From: an uncultured virus (IMG/VR IMGVR_UViG_3300003860_000003)
Taxonomy: Duplodnaviria; Heunggongvirae; Uroviricota; Caudoviricetes
Reading direction: 5' to 3' (one strand)
Length of the DNA: 64,000 nt
Virus record (IMG/VR): IMGVR_UViG_3300003860_000003
Location: 62,001 to 126,000 of that record
Made by a program: the position numbers and the translations under genes. Position 1 is the first letter of the stretch. Every line of letters starts with the position of its first letter. Below the pieces are notes generated by a model. It ran no database searches and was not told where the DNA came from. It was given only the letters and a program-made list of their open reading frames with translations. Shown here one piece after another: positions 39,901 to 48,955 of the stretch.

Positions 39901-42900
39901 ACTTAATCCTAATTCATCTCAAGTATTTTCATATTATCAAATAATAATGTCAGGATTAACTAATACTTTAGATTTAAGAGGACTTACTGGATTAGGTAAT
40001 TATGTTGATATTGCGTATAATTTTAGTCTTCCTGAAATACTTAATCCTGTTTCTTCACAAGTATTTAACTATTATCACGTAAATGATAATAATTTAACTG
40101 GAATTTTAGATGTCTCGGGACTTACAGGATTAGGAGGATCATTTTGGGCTAGCGGTAATTATGGTCTTACTCAAATACTTAATCCAGTTTCATCTCAGGT
40201 ATTTTCTCAATATGAAGCGTATAATTGTGATTTAACTGGAACATTAGATCTTTCTGGCCTTTCCGGATTAGGTGGATATTTTTCACTTGCAAATAATCCT
40301 AATCTTAATGTTATAATTTTTCCAACAGTATTTTCACAGCCATTTGATCAATTCAACGTTCAAGATTGTTCTATAAATACGGCTACTGCAGACAGTATAT
40401 TTGCAAAATTAGATGCATATTATTTAAGTAATCCTCCTACAGGACCATTAAATGTTAATATGTCAGGAACAAAAAATGCTGGACCAACAGACTGTTCTTT
40501 AAATGCGAATATTGTTAGTCTTGAAGCACAATTCTTATTATATGGACAAACATTTACATATGCTATAAATTGCACTTCACCAGCCCAAGAACCATTTTTA
40601 ACTTTTACAACTTATGCTTATTCAGGGCCTCTTTCAGCTAATTTTACAGGTCCTTCTGGAACACTTAATTGGGATTTGGGCGATGCATCTAATAATGTAA
40701 ATGCAAATAGTATTAATCATACATATGTTAATTTTGGTAATAAAACTGTAAAGGTATATCCAGGAACAACTAGTGGCGCAATAGACGTTAGTGGAGTTTT
40801 TATAGATACAGATGGTGTAATAAACACATTAGATATTTCAAGTTTCGTTAATTTAAGTTATTTTAATGTTAATTTTAATTCAAATCTTACACATGTGCTT
40901 AATCCGGTTTCATCTACTATATTTACAAACTATATGGCACAAGGTTGTAATTTAACTGATACTTTAGATGTATCAGGGCTTACGGGATTAGGCGGATATT
41001 TTCAAATTGATAATAATTATAACCTTACTAAAATACTTAATCCAAATTCATCTCAAGTATTTACACTTTATTGGCTAGATAATAATAATTTAACAGGAAC
41101 ATTAGATCTAAGAGGACTTACTGGTTTAGGCGGAGATTTTCGAGTTGATAGTAATTATAATCTTACTGAAATACTTAATCCTGTTTCATCTCAGGTATTT
41201 ATAGAATATATAGTATCTTATTGTAATTTAACTGGAACTTTAGATCTATCAGGACTTACAGGATTAGGCGGATGGGTTAATATTAATGATAATCCAAATC
41301 TTACAACTGTACTTTTTCCTACTGTAAATAGAGAATATGTTGTTTTACTTGCTAACAATTGTGCTTTAGATTTATTTACAGTTGATGATATATTTGCAAA
41401 AATGGATACTTGGTATAGTAGTAATACTCCTACACAAAATTTAACTATTGATGTTGCAGGAGGAACCAATTCTCCTCCTACTGATTGTTCAATGAATGCT
41501 AATATAGTTCATTTAACATCAGTATTCAATAGTGCAGGCCATACATTCACATATTATATAAATTGCGATCTTATATTTGAATTTATAACTAACTCTTCAA
41601 CTCATACATTTCAGCCAAGTTTATCCACATATTCAGGTATTCTTAACTGGGATTTAGGTGATGCATCTAATAATGTAAATGCAAATACATTTTCTCATAC
41701 TTACGCATCAACAGGAGATAAAACTGTTAAAGTATATAACGGAACTACTAGCGGATACAGTGCAATAAGTGCAGTTGATTTTTATGAAAATAATATAGTT
41801 GGAACTTTAAATTTATCTAATCTTATAGGTATAAATGATTATATTCAAGTTGCTTATTGCCCAAGCTTAAATCAAATAATTAATCCAATTACTTCTAATG
41901 TAATTAGTTCAGGATATTATTGTCCATGGAATAATTTAACAGGAACGTTAGATATTTCTGGACTTACAGGTTTAGCTTTTCAATTTAGTGTTACTCGTAA
42001 TCCAAATCTTACACATATACTTAATCCCGATTCATCGCAGCCTTTTTCATATTATTTAGCTAATTATTGTAATTTAACAGATACTTTAGATTTAAGAGGA
42101 CTTACAGGATTAGGAGGAGATTTAGAAATTACAGTAAATCCGCTTCTCACTCAAATACTTAATCCAGTTTCATCACAAGTATTCACAGAATATGATGTAA
42201 ATGATAATAATTTAACTGGCATACTAGATGTATCTGGACTTACAGGATTAAGCAATAGAATTAGAGTTGAAAATAATGTAAATCTTACAACTATATTATT
42301 ACCTACAATAAATAATGAATTTACATTTTTTAACGCAAATAATTGTGCTTTAGATTTATTTACTGTAGATGATATATTTGCAAAATTTGATACTTATTAT
42401 AGTAGTAATCCGCCTACTCAAAATTTAGAAATTAATGTTGCAGATGGTACTAACACGTCGCCAACAGATTGCGAATTAAATACTAATATAGTTCATTTAA
42501 CATCATTATTTAATAGTGCAGGAAGAACCTTTATATATTATATAAATTGTGATGCTGGTGAAATTTTAAGATTTGTTACAAATGCATATGGAACTGTTTA
42601 TTATCCATTTGATGTTTACTTTAATTTTACAGTTTCCTCGGGAACACTTCATTGGGATTTAGGTGATAGTAATACAAGAGATTCTAATAATTTTGATTAT
42701 ACTTATTCTCTTGCTGGAGATAAAACTGTTATATTAAGTAAAGGAACAACAAATGGAAGTGCTGATATTACAGCTATGCAATTATATGATTATAGTGGTA
42801 TAGTCGGAACTTTAGATATTTCTTGTCTCACCAATTTAACTGATTTTTATACTGCTAATGATCCAAGTCTTAATAAAATAATCAATCCTGTTTCATCACA

Positions 42901-45900
42901 AGCATATACAAGATATCGAGCTGTTAATTGCGATTTAACTGGAACTTTAGATGTTTCAGGACTTACAGGCTTAGGAGGAACATTTGAAGTAGGTAATAAT
43001 TCTAATCTTACACGAGTACTTAATCCAGTTTCATCACAAATATTTACAACGTATGATGTATACAATTCTAATATTACTGGAACATTGGATGTTTCTGGAC
43101 TTACAGGATTAGGAGGATATTTTGATGCTGACAGTAACCCGCTTCTTACACATATACTTAATCCGAATTCGTCTCAAGTCTTTGATCAAGGATATTGGGT
43201 ATATAGTTGTGATCTTACTGATACGTTAGATTTAACGGGACTTACTGGATTAGGTTCGGGATTTGATGCTGATGATAATCCTAATCTTACGCATATACTT
43301 AATCCGAATTCATCTCAAGTCTTTGATCAAGGATATTGGGCACAACTATGTAATCTAACTGGAACTTTAGATTTAACAGGACTTACAGGATTAGGTGGAG
43401 ATTTTGAAGTTCATACTAATCCTAATCTTACACAGATACTTAATCCAACTTCTTCTCAAATTTTTACAAATTATTATGCATATAATTGTGATTTAACTGG
43501 AATTCTAGATGTATCAGGCCTTACAGGATTAGGTGGAGATTTTGAAGTTTATAATAATTTACATCTTACATCAGTACTTAATCCTAATTCATCTCAAGTA
43601 TTTACAATGTATGATGTAGGTAATTGTAATTTAACTGATACTTTAGATTTAAGAGGATTAACTAGATTAGGCGGAGACATTTATCTTAATTATAATTCAA
43701 ATTTAACTAGTGTACTTAATCCAACTTCTTCAGAAATTGTTACTTCATATTTAATAGATAATTGTAATATAACTGGAATATTAGATGTATCTGGATTTAT
43801 AAATTTAAGCGATTATTTATTATTTAGCGATAATATAAATCTTAATACATTATTATTACCTACTCTTAATATGCCATTTACTTATATAAATGGAAATAAC
43901 TGTGCTTTAGATTTATTTACTGTAGATGATATATTTACAAAATTAGATACGTGGTTTACTAGTAACTCTCCTTCTAACGGGTTATATGTTAATCTAGCAG
44001 GTGGAACTAATGCAGCACCTACAGATTGTTCAATGAATGCTAATATAGTTCATCTAGAATCTATATTTACTGGAGCAGGACAAACATTTACATATTATAT
44101 AAATTGTAATCCAGAGCCATCAGTAGGATTTTTACGTTTTACAACTAATGCTCCTCCCGCATATGAAATTGCATTACAGTTTGGTGTTTGGTCAGGAATT
44201 CTTAATTCTAATTTAGGTGATGCATCAAATAATGTAAATTCAAATAATTTTACTCATACATATACTAATTCTGGAAACAAAACTATTAATGTCTATCCGG
44301 GAACAACTGATGGAAGTAGTGGATTAAGAGTTATAGTATTATGGTTTGATTATTTAACTGGGATTTTAGATGTTTCTTCACTTAATAACTTATGGCAACT
44401 TCGAGTTGATGGTAATCCAAGTCTTACTAAAATAATTAATCCTGTTTCATCTACAGTATTTACTAGTTATTCTGCATCTGGCTGCGATTTAACTGAAACT
44501 TTAGATGTTTCAGGACTCACGGGATTAGGTGGATATTTTGATGTAGGTAGTAATGCAAATTTAACTCATATATTTAATCCCGTTTCATCTCAAATATTTA
44601 CTACTTATTATGCGTATGATTGTAATTTAACTGAAACTCTAGATGTTTCTGGACTTACAGGATTAGGTACAGATTTTTGGGTTTATAATAATCCAAATCT
44701 TACACAAATACTTAATCCAGATTCATCTCAGGTGTTTACAACTTATTATGCGCAGAATTGTAATTTAACTGGAACTTTAGATTTAAGAGGACTTACTGGA
44801 TTAGCTGGAAATTTTTATATTAATAATAATCCAAATCTTACACAAATACTTAATCCAGTTTCATCACAGATATTTACAAATTATTATGCATATAATTGTA
44901 GTCTTAATGGAATTTTAGATGTTTCAGGACTAACGGGATTAGGAGGCGGATTTTGGGTTAGTGGTAATTCAAATCTTAATACAATACTTAATCCTAATTC
45001 ATCTGAAATATTTACATATTACGGTGCAACGGGCTGTAATATAACAGATACTTTAGATTTACGAGGACTTACTGGATTGGGAGGAAATTTTTATGTTTAT
45101 AATAATCCAAATTTAACTCATATACTTAATCCAGATTCATCACAAGTATTTACTGGGTATCAGGCATATAATTGTAATTTAACAGGAACATTAGACGTTT
45201 CGGGACTTACTAGATTAAGCGGCACGTTTTTTATTAATAATAATCCAAGTCTTAATCAAATACTTAATCCAATTTCATCAGAAATATTTACACATTATGT
45301 TGTATATAATTGTGATTTAACTGGAATTTTAGATCTTACAGGACTTACAGGATTGGGTGGAACGTTTCAGGCATACAATAATCCTCTTCTTACACAAATA
45401 TTTTATCCTGTTTCATCTCAAATATTTGAAAATTTTAGTGTGTATCAATGTAATTTAACAGGAACATTAGATGTATCAGGACTTACAGAATTAGGTGGTC
45501 AATTTGCAGCTAGCCAAAATCCAAATCTTACAACTATATTATTGCCAACAATAAATCAAGAATTTATTAATTTTTATGCTGATAATTGTGCATTAGATTT
45601 ATTTACTGTTGATGATATATTTGCTAAAATGGATGCATATTATAGTATTAATCCTCCAACACAAAACTTAGAAATTAATGTTGCTGGTGGAACTAACTCG
45701 CCTCCTACAGATTGTTGGAATAATATAAATATAGATAATTTACAATCTATCTTTACAGTAGCAGGTAGAACGTTTACTTGTTATATAAATTGTGCAGAAC
45801 CATCAGTAGGATTTTTACAATTTAGAACTAATGCTTCAACAAATGCATTTAGTACTAATTTTTCAGTCTATGGAACACTTAATTGGGATTTAGGTGATAC

Positions 45901-48900
45901 TTCTACTTCAGTAGATGCAAATGTAATAAATCATATTTATGCTAATCCAGGAAATAAAACAATTAATGTGTGGCCGGGAACAGCTAATGGGCCAGAAGAT
46001 GTTTGGCAAGTTACAGTAGGAACAGATAGTATCATAGGTGTTTTAGATATTTCATGTTTGATTAATTTACAATATGTGAATATTGTAACAAATCACGATC
46101 TTACAAAAATAATTAATCCAACATCTTCTCAAATATTTAGTACATATTATGCGAATAATAATAATTTAACTGGAACTTTAAATGTTTCGGGACTTACAGG
46201 GTTAGGCGGATATTTTGATGTTAATAATAATCCAAATCTTACTCAAATAATTAATCCAGATTCATCTCAAGCGTTTGACTATTATGCTGCGTATGATTGT
46301 AGTCTTAATGGAACTTTAGATGTATTAGGACTTACAGGATTAGGTGGACAATTTCGTGTTAGTGGTAATCCAAATCTTACACAAATACTTAACCCCGTAT
46401 CATCTCAAGTATTTGTAGCTTATTATGCATATGATTGTAATTTAACTGGAACTTTAGATGTTTCAGGACTTACAGGATTGGGCGAACAATTTCTTGTTTA
46501 TACTAACCCAAATCTTACACAGATACTTAATCCTGTTTCATCTCAGGTGTTTGTAAATTACTGGGCAACTAATTGTAATTTAACTGGAACTTTAAATTTA
46601 ACAGGACTTACAGGATTAGGTGGACAATTTCTTGTTAGTGGTAATCCAAATCTTACTCAGATACTTAATCCAGATTCATCTCAAGTATTTACAAATTATT
46701 ATGCATATAATTGTAGTCTTAATGGAACATTAGATGTATCTAATCTTATTAATTTAAGCGAACAATTTCATGTTTATGATAATCCAAATCTTACAACTAT
46801 ATTGTTACCTACAATAAATCAGCAATTTTCAGTTTTTGATGTTCATAATTGTGCTTTAGATTTATTTACAATAGATGATATATTTGCAAAATTAGACGCA
46901 TGGTATACTCTTAATGGCCCTACACAAAGTTTAGAAATTCACGCAGAAAGAGGAACTAATTCTCCTCCAACAGCTGAATGGTCTAATACAAATATAGTAA
47001 ATTTACAAACTATATTTTCTAATTGGGGACAAGGTCTTTTAATTCATATTAATCTTGCACCTATGGTAGAATTTACTACTAATGCATATGGTACTTTATA
47101 TCATACATATGATATTTGGTTTGCATATACTACTTCAAGCGGAACAGTTGAAACAGATATGGGAGATACAACTTATATGAATTTTAATAATTTTGAATAT
47201 ATTTATTCTCTTCCTGGAGATAAACATGTTAGATTATTACCAGGAACAACTGCAGGATCAACCGATGTCACTGGATTTGATTTAAATGAAAATGCTGGTG
47301 TAGTAGGAACTTTAGATCTTTCAAATCTTACTAATTTAAATCAATTTAGAGCTGCTATTAATCCTAGTCTTAATACAATAATTAATCCAGTTTCATCTCA
47401 ATCGTTTGCTTCAAATTTTTACTATGCATATCAGTCTGATTTAATAGGAACTCTAGATGTATCAGGACTTACAGGATTAGGTGGATATTTTGATGTTGAT
47501 ACTAATCCAAATCTTACTTCTATACTTAATCCAATTTCATCTGAAGTATTTAATTGGTATTATGCGCATGATTGTAGTCTTAATGGAACTTTGGATTTAA
47601 CAGGACTTACAGGATTAGGCGGAGAATTTGATGTTGATTCTAACTCAAATCTTACTAAGATACTTAATCCTGTTTCGTCTCAAGTATTTACAGGATATTA
47701 TGCTTATGATTGTAATTTAACTGGAACTTTAGATGTTTCAGGACTTACAAATTTAAGTGGATATTTTGAAGTTTACAATAATCCAAATCTTACATCTATA
47801 TTATTGCCTACAATAAATCAACATTTTAATACATTTGATGTTCATAATTGTTCATTAAATACAAGCACAATGGATGATATATTTGCTAAACTTAATACGT
47901 GGTTTAGTTTAAATACTCCTGTAGGTGAATTGTATATTGATGTTTCATGTGGAAGAGGTTCTGGACCAACTGATTGTATGTATAATTCGGATATAGTTAA
48001 TTTACAATCTATATTTACAAATGCTAGTTGGCTGTTAACTATAATTGTTAATTGTGAAAGTGTAGCACCTATTGGATTTTTAAGTTTTACAACTGAAGCT
48101 TCTACAAATGCATTTGATCCAAATGTTACAGTTTCCTCTGGAACTCTTAGTTGGGATTTAGGAGACTTGACAACACAAAATGCAAATAGTTTTAGTCATT
48201 CATATTCATCGCCAGGAAATAAGATAGTTAATGTGTATAATGGTACTACTAGCGGTCCAGCATCTATACGATATTTATATATGGATGCTGATAATTTAGT
48301 TGGAGTTTTAGATGTATCTACTCTTTCTATTTTAGAAGATTTTGAAGTTTATGATAATCCAAAACTTACACAAATAATTTGTGCAAGCACAAATGCTCTT
48401 TTTGATTATTTTAATGCGTGGAGTTGTAATTTAACTGACACATTAGATCTTCGTCCAATTAAAAGATTAGGCTTCGATTTTGAAGTTCAAAATAATCCAA
48501 ATCTCACAGAAATTTTATTTCATTCTTCAGCGCAAGATATGGAATATTTTAATGCATGGGATTGTAATTTAACAGGAACATTAGATATTTCAGGATTGAC
48601 AAATATAAATAATTATATGAATGTTCATAATAATCCAAATCTTACAAGAATATTATTTCCTGCATTTGCGGGTAGATTTGATACAATTGATGCTTCTGGT
48701 TGTGGGCTAGACTTATTTACTGTAGATGATGTACTTACTAAATTAGACACTTGGTTTACTGCACATAATCCTGCAAGTTATAATTCACTAACTTTGAATT
48801 TATCTAAAGGAACTAATTCGATTCCCACAGATTCTTCAATGAATACTCATTTAACTAGTTTAGTATCCATATTTAATACTGCAGGCGCAACATTTAAATA

Positions 48901-48916
48901 TTACATAAATGAATAA
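33908..48916 (+). CDS. Giant 5002-aa protein of 12 tandem modules (WDLGD beta domain, LRR-like solenoid, Cys cap); putative adhesin or receptor-binding protein
   Basis: Twelve W(D/N)LGD-type motifs, each followed by ~47-aa repeats NPNLTxILNPxSSQxFxxYxxxxCNLTGTLDVSGLTGLGG. Confidence 0.85.
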   Translation: MNNPILTHGIVSQYRHPGMPIFRFITNASTLIFDPAINVTSGILSWNLGDISSNVNANSISHTYTLVGNKTVEVYKGTASGSTGITQIDMGNDNIVGVLDISSLISLTQLTVNENYGINRIINPVSSQIFNLYNANYCNLTGTLDISGLTNLGGNFTAIGNVNLTHILNPISSQVFTQYNVQTCDLTDTLDVSGLTGLSGWFEVSKNPNLTHILNPVSTHPFNAYLAFECNLTDTLDLRGLTELGGVFDVKNNVNLTSIRNPVSSQAFSHYEVDNCNLTGILDVSGLTGLGGNFSADYNLNLTKILNPDSSRSFNTYSAGNCNLTGILDVSGLDGLGGMFWVNYNPHLNTILNPVSSQVFTGYYVNDCDLTGTLDLQGLTNLGGIFYAGNNTNLTTILNPSSTQIIDYYAANDCNLTGTLDVSGLINLTSGFEVYNNPNLSSILLPTTLSGEFNIFNANNCSLNLLTVDGIFSKFDTWYSSNSPNQSLTVDVAGGTNTPPTDCSLNTNIVHLESIFDSAGQIFTYYINCDIVRSQVLRFTTNASTLSFDPAFTVSSGVLNWDLGDGSSYVNSNSFTHTYTSVGNKTVSVYTGTTSGSTGITSINMNGDNLVGLLDISSLINLQSLSVYSNSTLTQIFNPVSSQVFNTYHVELSNITGTLDVSGLTGLGGGFDLSYNPLLTHILNPVSSQAFSSYQVYNCNLTDTLDLRGLTGLGGVFSLSYNPLLTHVLNPVSSEIFHSYYIDECNLTETLDVSGLTGLGGSFSVDVNPNLTSILNPVSTQIFENYSAYSCDLTGTLNVSGLTGLGGSFYVYSNSNLTQILNPDSSQVFTYYWAYECNLSNTLDLTGLTGLGGYFYAYNNPNLTTILLPTINQQIIDFDADNCDLDLFTVDDIFAKLDTYYSSNSPNQNLTVNVANGTNSPPTDCSMNANIAHLESIFAESEFTFIYFINCDIVGSKVLQFTTNASILAFDPSIAVSSGILNWDLGDGSILNANNFVHTYTSVGNKTVNVYSGTTSGSTGITTIQMYNDNLVGILDISSLSNLGGAFSVYGNSLLTQIVNPVSSQAFTTYHAYDCSLTGTLDVSGLTGLGGQFLVYNNSKLTKILNPVSSQIFTNYYAYNCSLNGVLDISGLTNFGGQLIVYSNPNLTNVLNPTTSRTFSVYQVNDCNLTGTLDLKGLTGLGGVFTVDNNPNLTSILNPVSSQNFIAYSVQNCSLNGTLDVSGLTGLGGSFATSAQSNLTQILNPVSSRLFTLYTVRDCNLTGTLDLRGLTGLGGQFLARYNPNLTQILNPNSTQVFTNYYVNNCSLNGTLDVSGLINLGGVFRAGNNTNLSRILLPTINRQFTSFDVSVCALDQFTVDNIFTKFNTYYSSNTPTGNLTINTIGGTNAAPTNCWDNTDIVNLRSIFTSAGRTLNIYINASCGSVPVGAKVLQFTTNASTLAFDPTFTTSSGTLNWNLGDGSTLNSNNFTHTYTSVGNKTVNVYSGTTSGSTGITEIDINTDNLVGTLDISSLINLNYFDVDSNPNLTSILNPISSQIFNTYYAYNCDLTDTLDLRGLTGLGGDFEVTTNPNLTSILNPISSQVFVAYYANNCNLIGTLDISSLTGLGGEFIVNNNPNLTHILNPISSQIFTFYYAYDCSLNGTLDLRGLTGLGGDFNVDGNQNLIQILNPDSSQVFTYYTAESCNLTGTLDVSGLTGLGGRMYINNNLNLTTILLPTINQEFIHFRANNCSLNLFTVDDIFAKLDTWYSSNTPTQDLTINTAGGTNAAPTDCSMNANIVHLESIFTGAGQTFTYYINSDCTPPVKILEFTTNASTDAFDPTFTTSSGILNWDLGDGSILNSNSFEHTYTSAGNKTVNVYAGTTSGNTSIIQIDMNNDNLTGTLDISSLSNLGGIFNIYSNPYLTQIINPVSSQIFTQYAVSGCNLTDILDISGLTGLGGNFIVDDNANLTSILNPVSSEIFTTYSVSNCNLIGTLDLTGLTGLGGGFQCDNNYNLTEILNPNSSQVFSYYQIIMSGLTNTLDLRGLTGLGNYVDIAYNFSLPEILNPVSSQVFNYYHVNDNNLTGILDVSGLTGLGGSFWASGNYGLTQILNPVSSQVFSQYEAYNCDLTGTLDLSGLSGLGGYFSLANNPNLNVIIFPTVFSQPFDQFNVQDCSINTATADSIFAKLDAYYLSNPPTGPLNVNMSGTKNAGPTDCSLNANIVSLEAQFLLYGQTFTYAINCTSPAQEPFLTFTTYAYSGPLSANFTGPSGTLNWDLGDASNNVNANSINHTYVNFGNKTVKVYPGTTSGAIDVSGVFIDTDGVINTLDISSFVNLSYFNVNFNSNLTHVLNPVSSTIFTNYMAQGCNLTDTLDVSGLTGLGGYFQIDNNYNLTKILNPNSSQVFTLYWLDNNNLTGTLDLRGLTGLGGDFRVDSNYNLTEILNPVSSQVFIEYIVSYCNLTGTLDLSGLTGLGGWVNINDNPNLTTVLFPTVNREYVVLLANNCALDLFTVDDIFAKMDTWYSSNTPTQNLTIDVAGGTNSPPTDCSMNANIVHLTSVFNSAGHTFTYYINCDLIFEFITNSSTHTFQPSLSTYSGILNWDLGDASNNVNANTFSHTYASTGDKTVKVYNGTTSGYSAISAVDFYENNIVGTLNLSNLIGINDYIQVAYCPSLNQIINPITSNVISSGYYCPWNNLTGTLDISGLTGLAFQFSVTRNPNLTHILNPDSSQPFSYYLANYCNLTDTLDLRGLTGLGGDLEITVNPLLTQILNPVSSQVFTEYDVNDNNLTGILDVSGLTGLSNRIRVENNVNLTTILLPTINNEFTFFNANNCALDLFTVDDIFAKFDTYYSSNPPTQNLEINVADGTNTSPTDCELNTNIVHLTSLFNSAGRTFIYYINCDAGEILRFVTNAYGTVYYPFDVYFNFTVSSGTLHWDLGDSNTRDSNNFDYTYSLAGDKTVILSKGTTNGSADITAMQLYDYSGIVGTLDISCLTNLTDFYTANDPSLNKIINPVSSQAYTRYRAVNCDLTGTLDVSGLTGLGGTFEVGNNSNLTRVLNPVSSQIFTTYDVYNSNITGTLDVSGLTGLGGYFDADSNPLLTHILNPNSSQVFDQGYWVYSCDLTDTLDLTGLTGLGSGFDADDNPNLTHILNPNSSQVFDQGYWAQLCNLTGTLDLTGLTGLGGDFEVHTNPNLTQILNPTSSQIFTNYYAYNCDLTGILDVSGLTGLGGDFEVYNNLHLTSVLNPNSSQVFTMYDVGNCNLTDTLDLRGLTRLGGDIYLNYNSNLTSVLNPTSSEIVTSYLIDNCNITGILDVSGFINLSDYLLFSDNINLNTLLLPTLNMPFTYINGNNCALDLFTVDDIFTKLDTWFTSNSPSNGLYVNLAGGTNAAPTDCSMNANIVHLESIFTGAGQTFTYYINCNPEPSVGFLRFTTNAPPAYEIALQFGVWSGILNSNLGDASNNVNSNNFTHTYTNSGNKTINVYPGTTDGSSGLRVIVLWFDYLTGILDVSSLNNLWQLRVDGNPSLTKIINPVSSTVFTSYSASGCDLTETLDVSGLTGLGGYFDVGSNANLTHIFNPVSSQIFTTYYAYDCNLTETLDVSGLTGLGTDFWVYNNPNLTQILNPDSSQVFTTYYAQNCNLTGTLDLRGLTGLAGNFYINNNPNLTQILNPVSSQIFTNYYAYNCSLNGILDVSGLTGLGGGFWVSGNSNLNTILNPNSSEIFTYYGATGCNITDTLDLRGLTGLGGNFYVYNNPNLTHILNPDSSQVFTGYQAYNCNLTGTLDVSGLTRLSGTFFINNNPSLNQILNPISSEIFTHYVVYNCDLTGILDLTGLTGLGGTFQAYNNPLLTQIFYPVSSQIFENFSVYQCNLTGTLDVSGLTELGGQFAASQNPNLTTILLPTINQEFINFYADNCALDLFTVDDIFAKMDAYYSINPPTQNLEINVAGGTNSPPTDCWNNINIDNLQSIFTVAGRTFTCYINCAEPSVGFLQFRTNASTNAFSTNFSVYGTLNWDLGDTSTSVDANVINHIYANPGNKTINVWPGTANGPEDVWQVTVGTDSIIGVLDISCLINLQYVNIVTNHDLTKIINPTSSQIFSTYYANNNNLTGTLNVSGLTGLGGYFDVNNNPNLTQIINPDSSQAFDYYAAYDCSLNGTLDVLGLTGLGGQFRVSGNPNLTQILNPVSSQVFVAYYAYDCNLTGTLDVSGLTGLGEQFLVYTNPNLTQILNPVSSQVFVNYWATNCNLTGTLNLTGLTGLGGQFLVSGNPNLTQILNPDSSQVFTNYYAYNCSLNGTLDVSNLINLSEQFHVYDNPNLTTILLPTINQQFSVFDVHNCALDLFTIDDIFAKLDAWYTLNGPTQSLEIHAERGTNSPPTAEWSNTNIVNLQTIFSNWGQGLLIHINLAPMVEFTTNAYGTLYHTYDIWFAYTTSSGTVETDMGDTTYMNFNNFEYIYSLPGDKHVRLLPGTTAGSTDVTGFDLNENAGVVGTLDLSNLTNLNQFRAAINPSLNTIINPVSSQSFASNFYYAYQSDLIGTLDVSGLTGLGGYFDVDTNPNLTSILNPISSEVFNWYYAHDCSLNGTLDLTGLTGLGGEFDVDSNSNLTKILNPVSSQVFTGYYAYDCNLTGTLDVSGLTNLSGYFEVYNNPNLTSILLPTINQHFNTFDVHNCSLNTSTMDDIFAKLNTWFSLNTPVGELYIDVSCGRGSGPTDCMYNSDIVNLQSIFTNASWLLTIIVNCESVAPIGFLSFTTEASTNAFDPNVTVSSGTLSWDLGDLTTQNANSFSHSYSSPGNKIVNVYNGTTSGPASIRYLYMDADNLVGVLDVSTLSILEDFEVYDNPKLTQIICASTNALFDYFNAWSCNLTDTLDLRPIKRLGFDFEVQNNPNLTEILFHSSAQDMEYFNAWDCNLTGTLDISGLTNINNYMNVHNNPNLTRILFPAFAGRFDTIDASGCGLDLFTVDDVLTKLDTWFTAHNPASYNSLTLNLSKGTNSIPTDSSMNTHLTSLVSIFNTAGATFKYYINE

Positions 48917-48928
48917 TATCAAAATATC

Positions 48929-48940
48929 GAATATATAAAA
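48929..48940 (+). promoter_or_regulatory. Candidate promoter box GAATATATAAAA
   Basis: Upstream of the ORF at 48956. Confidence 0.55.
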
Positions 48941-48955
48941 TAAAAGAATTATAAT

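Noticed and set aside
33908..48916. Diversity-generating retroelement target
   Set aside because: No reverse transcriptase or non-coding template repeat is visible in the window, and I could not show adenine-specific variation by eye.
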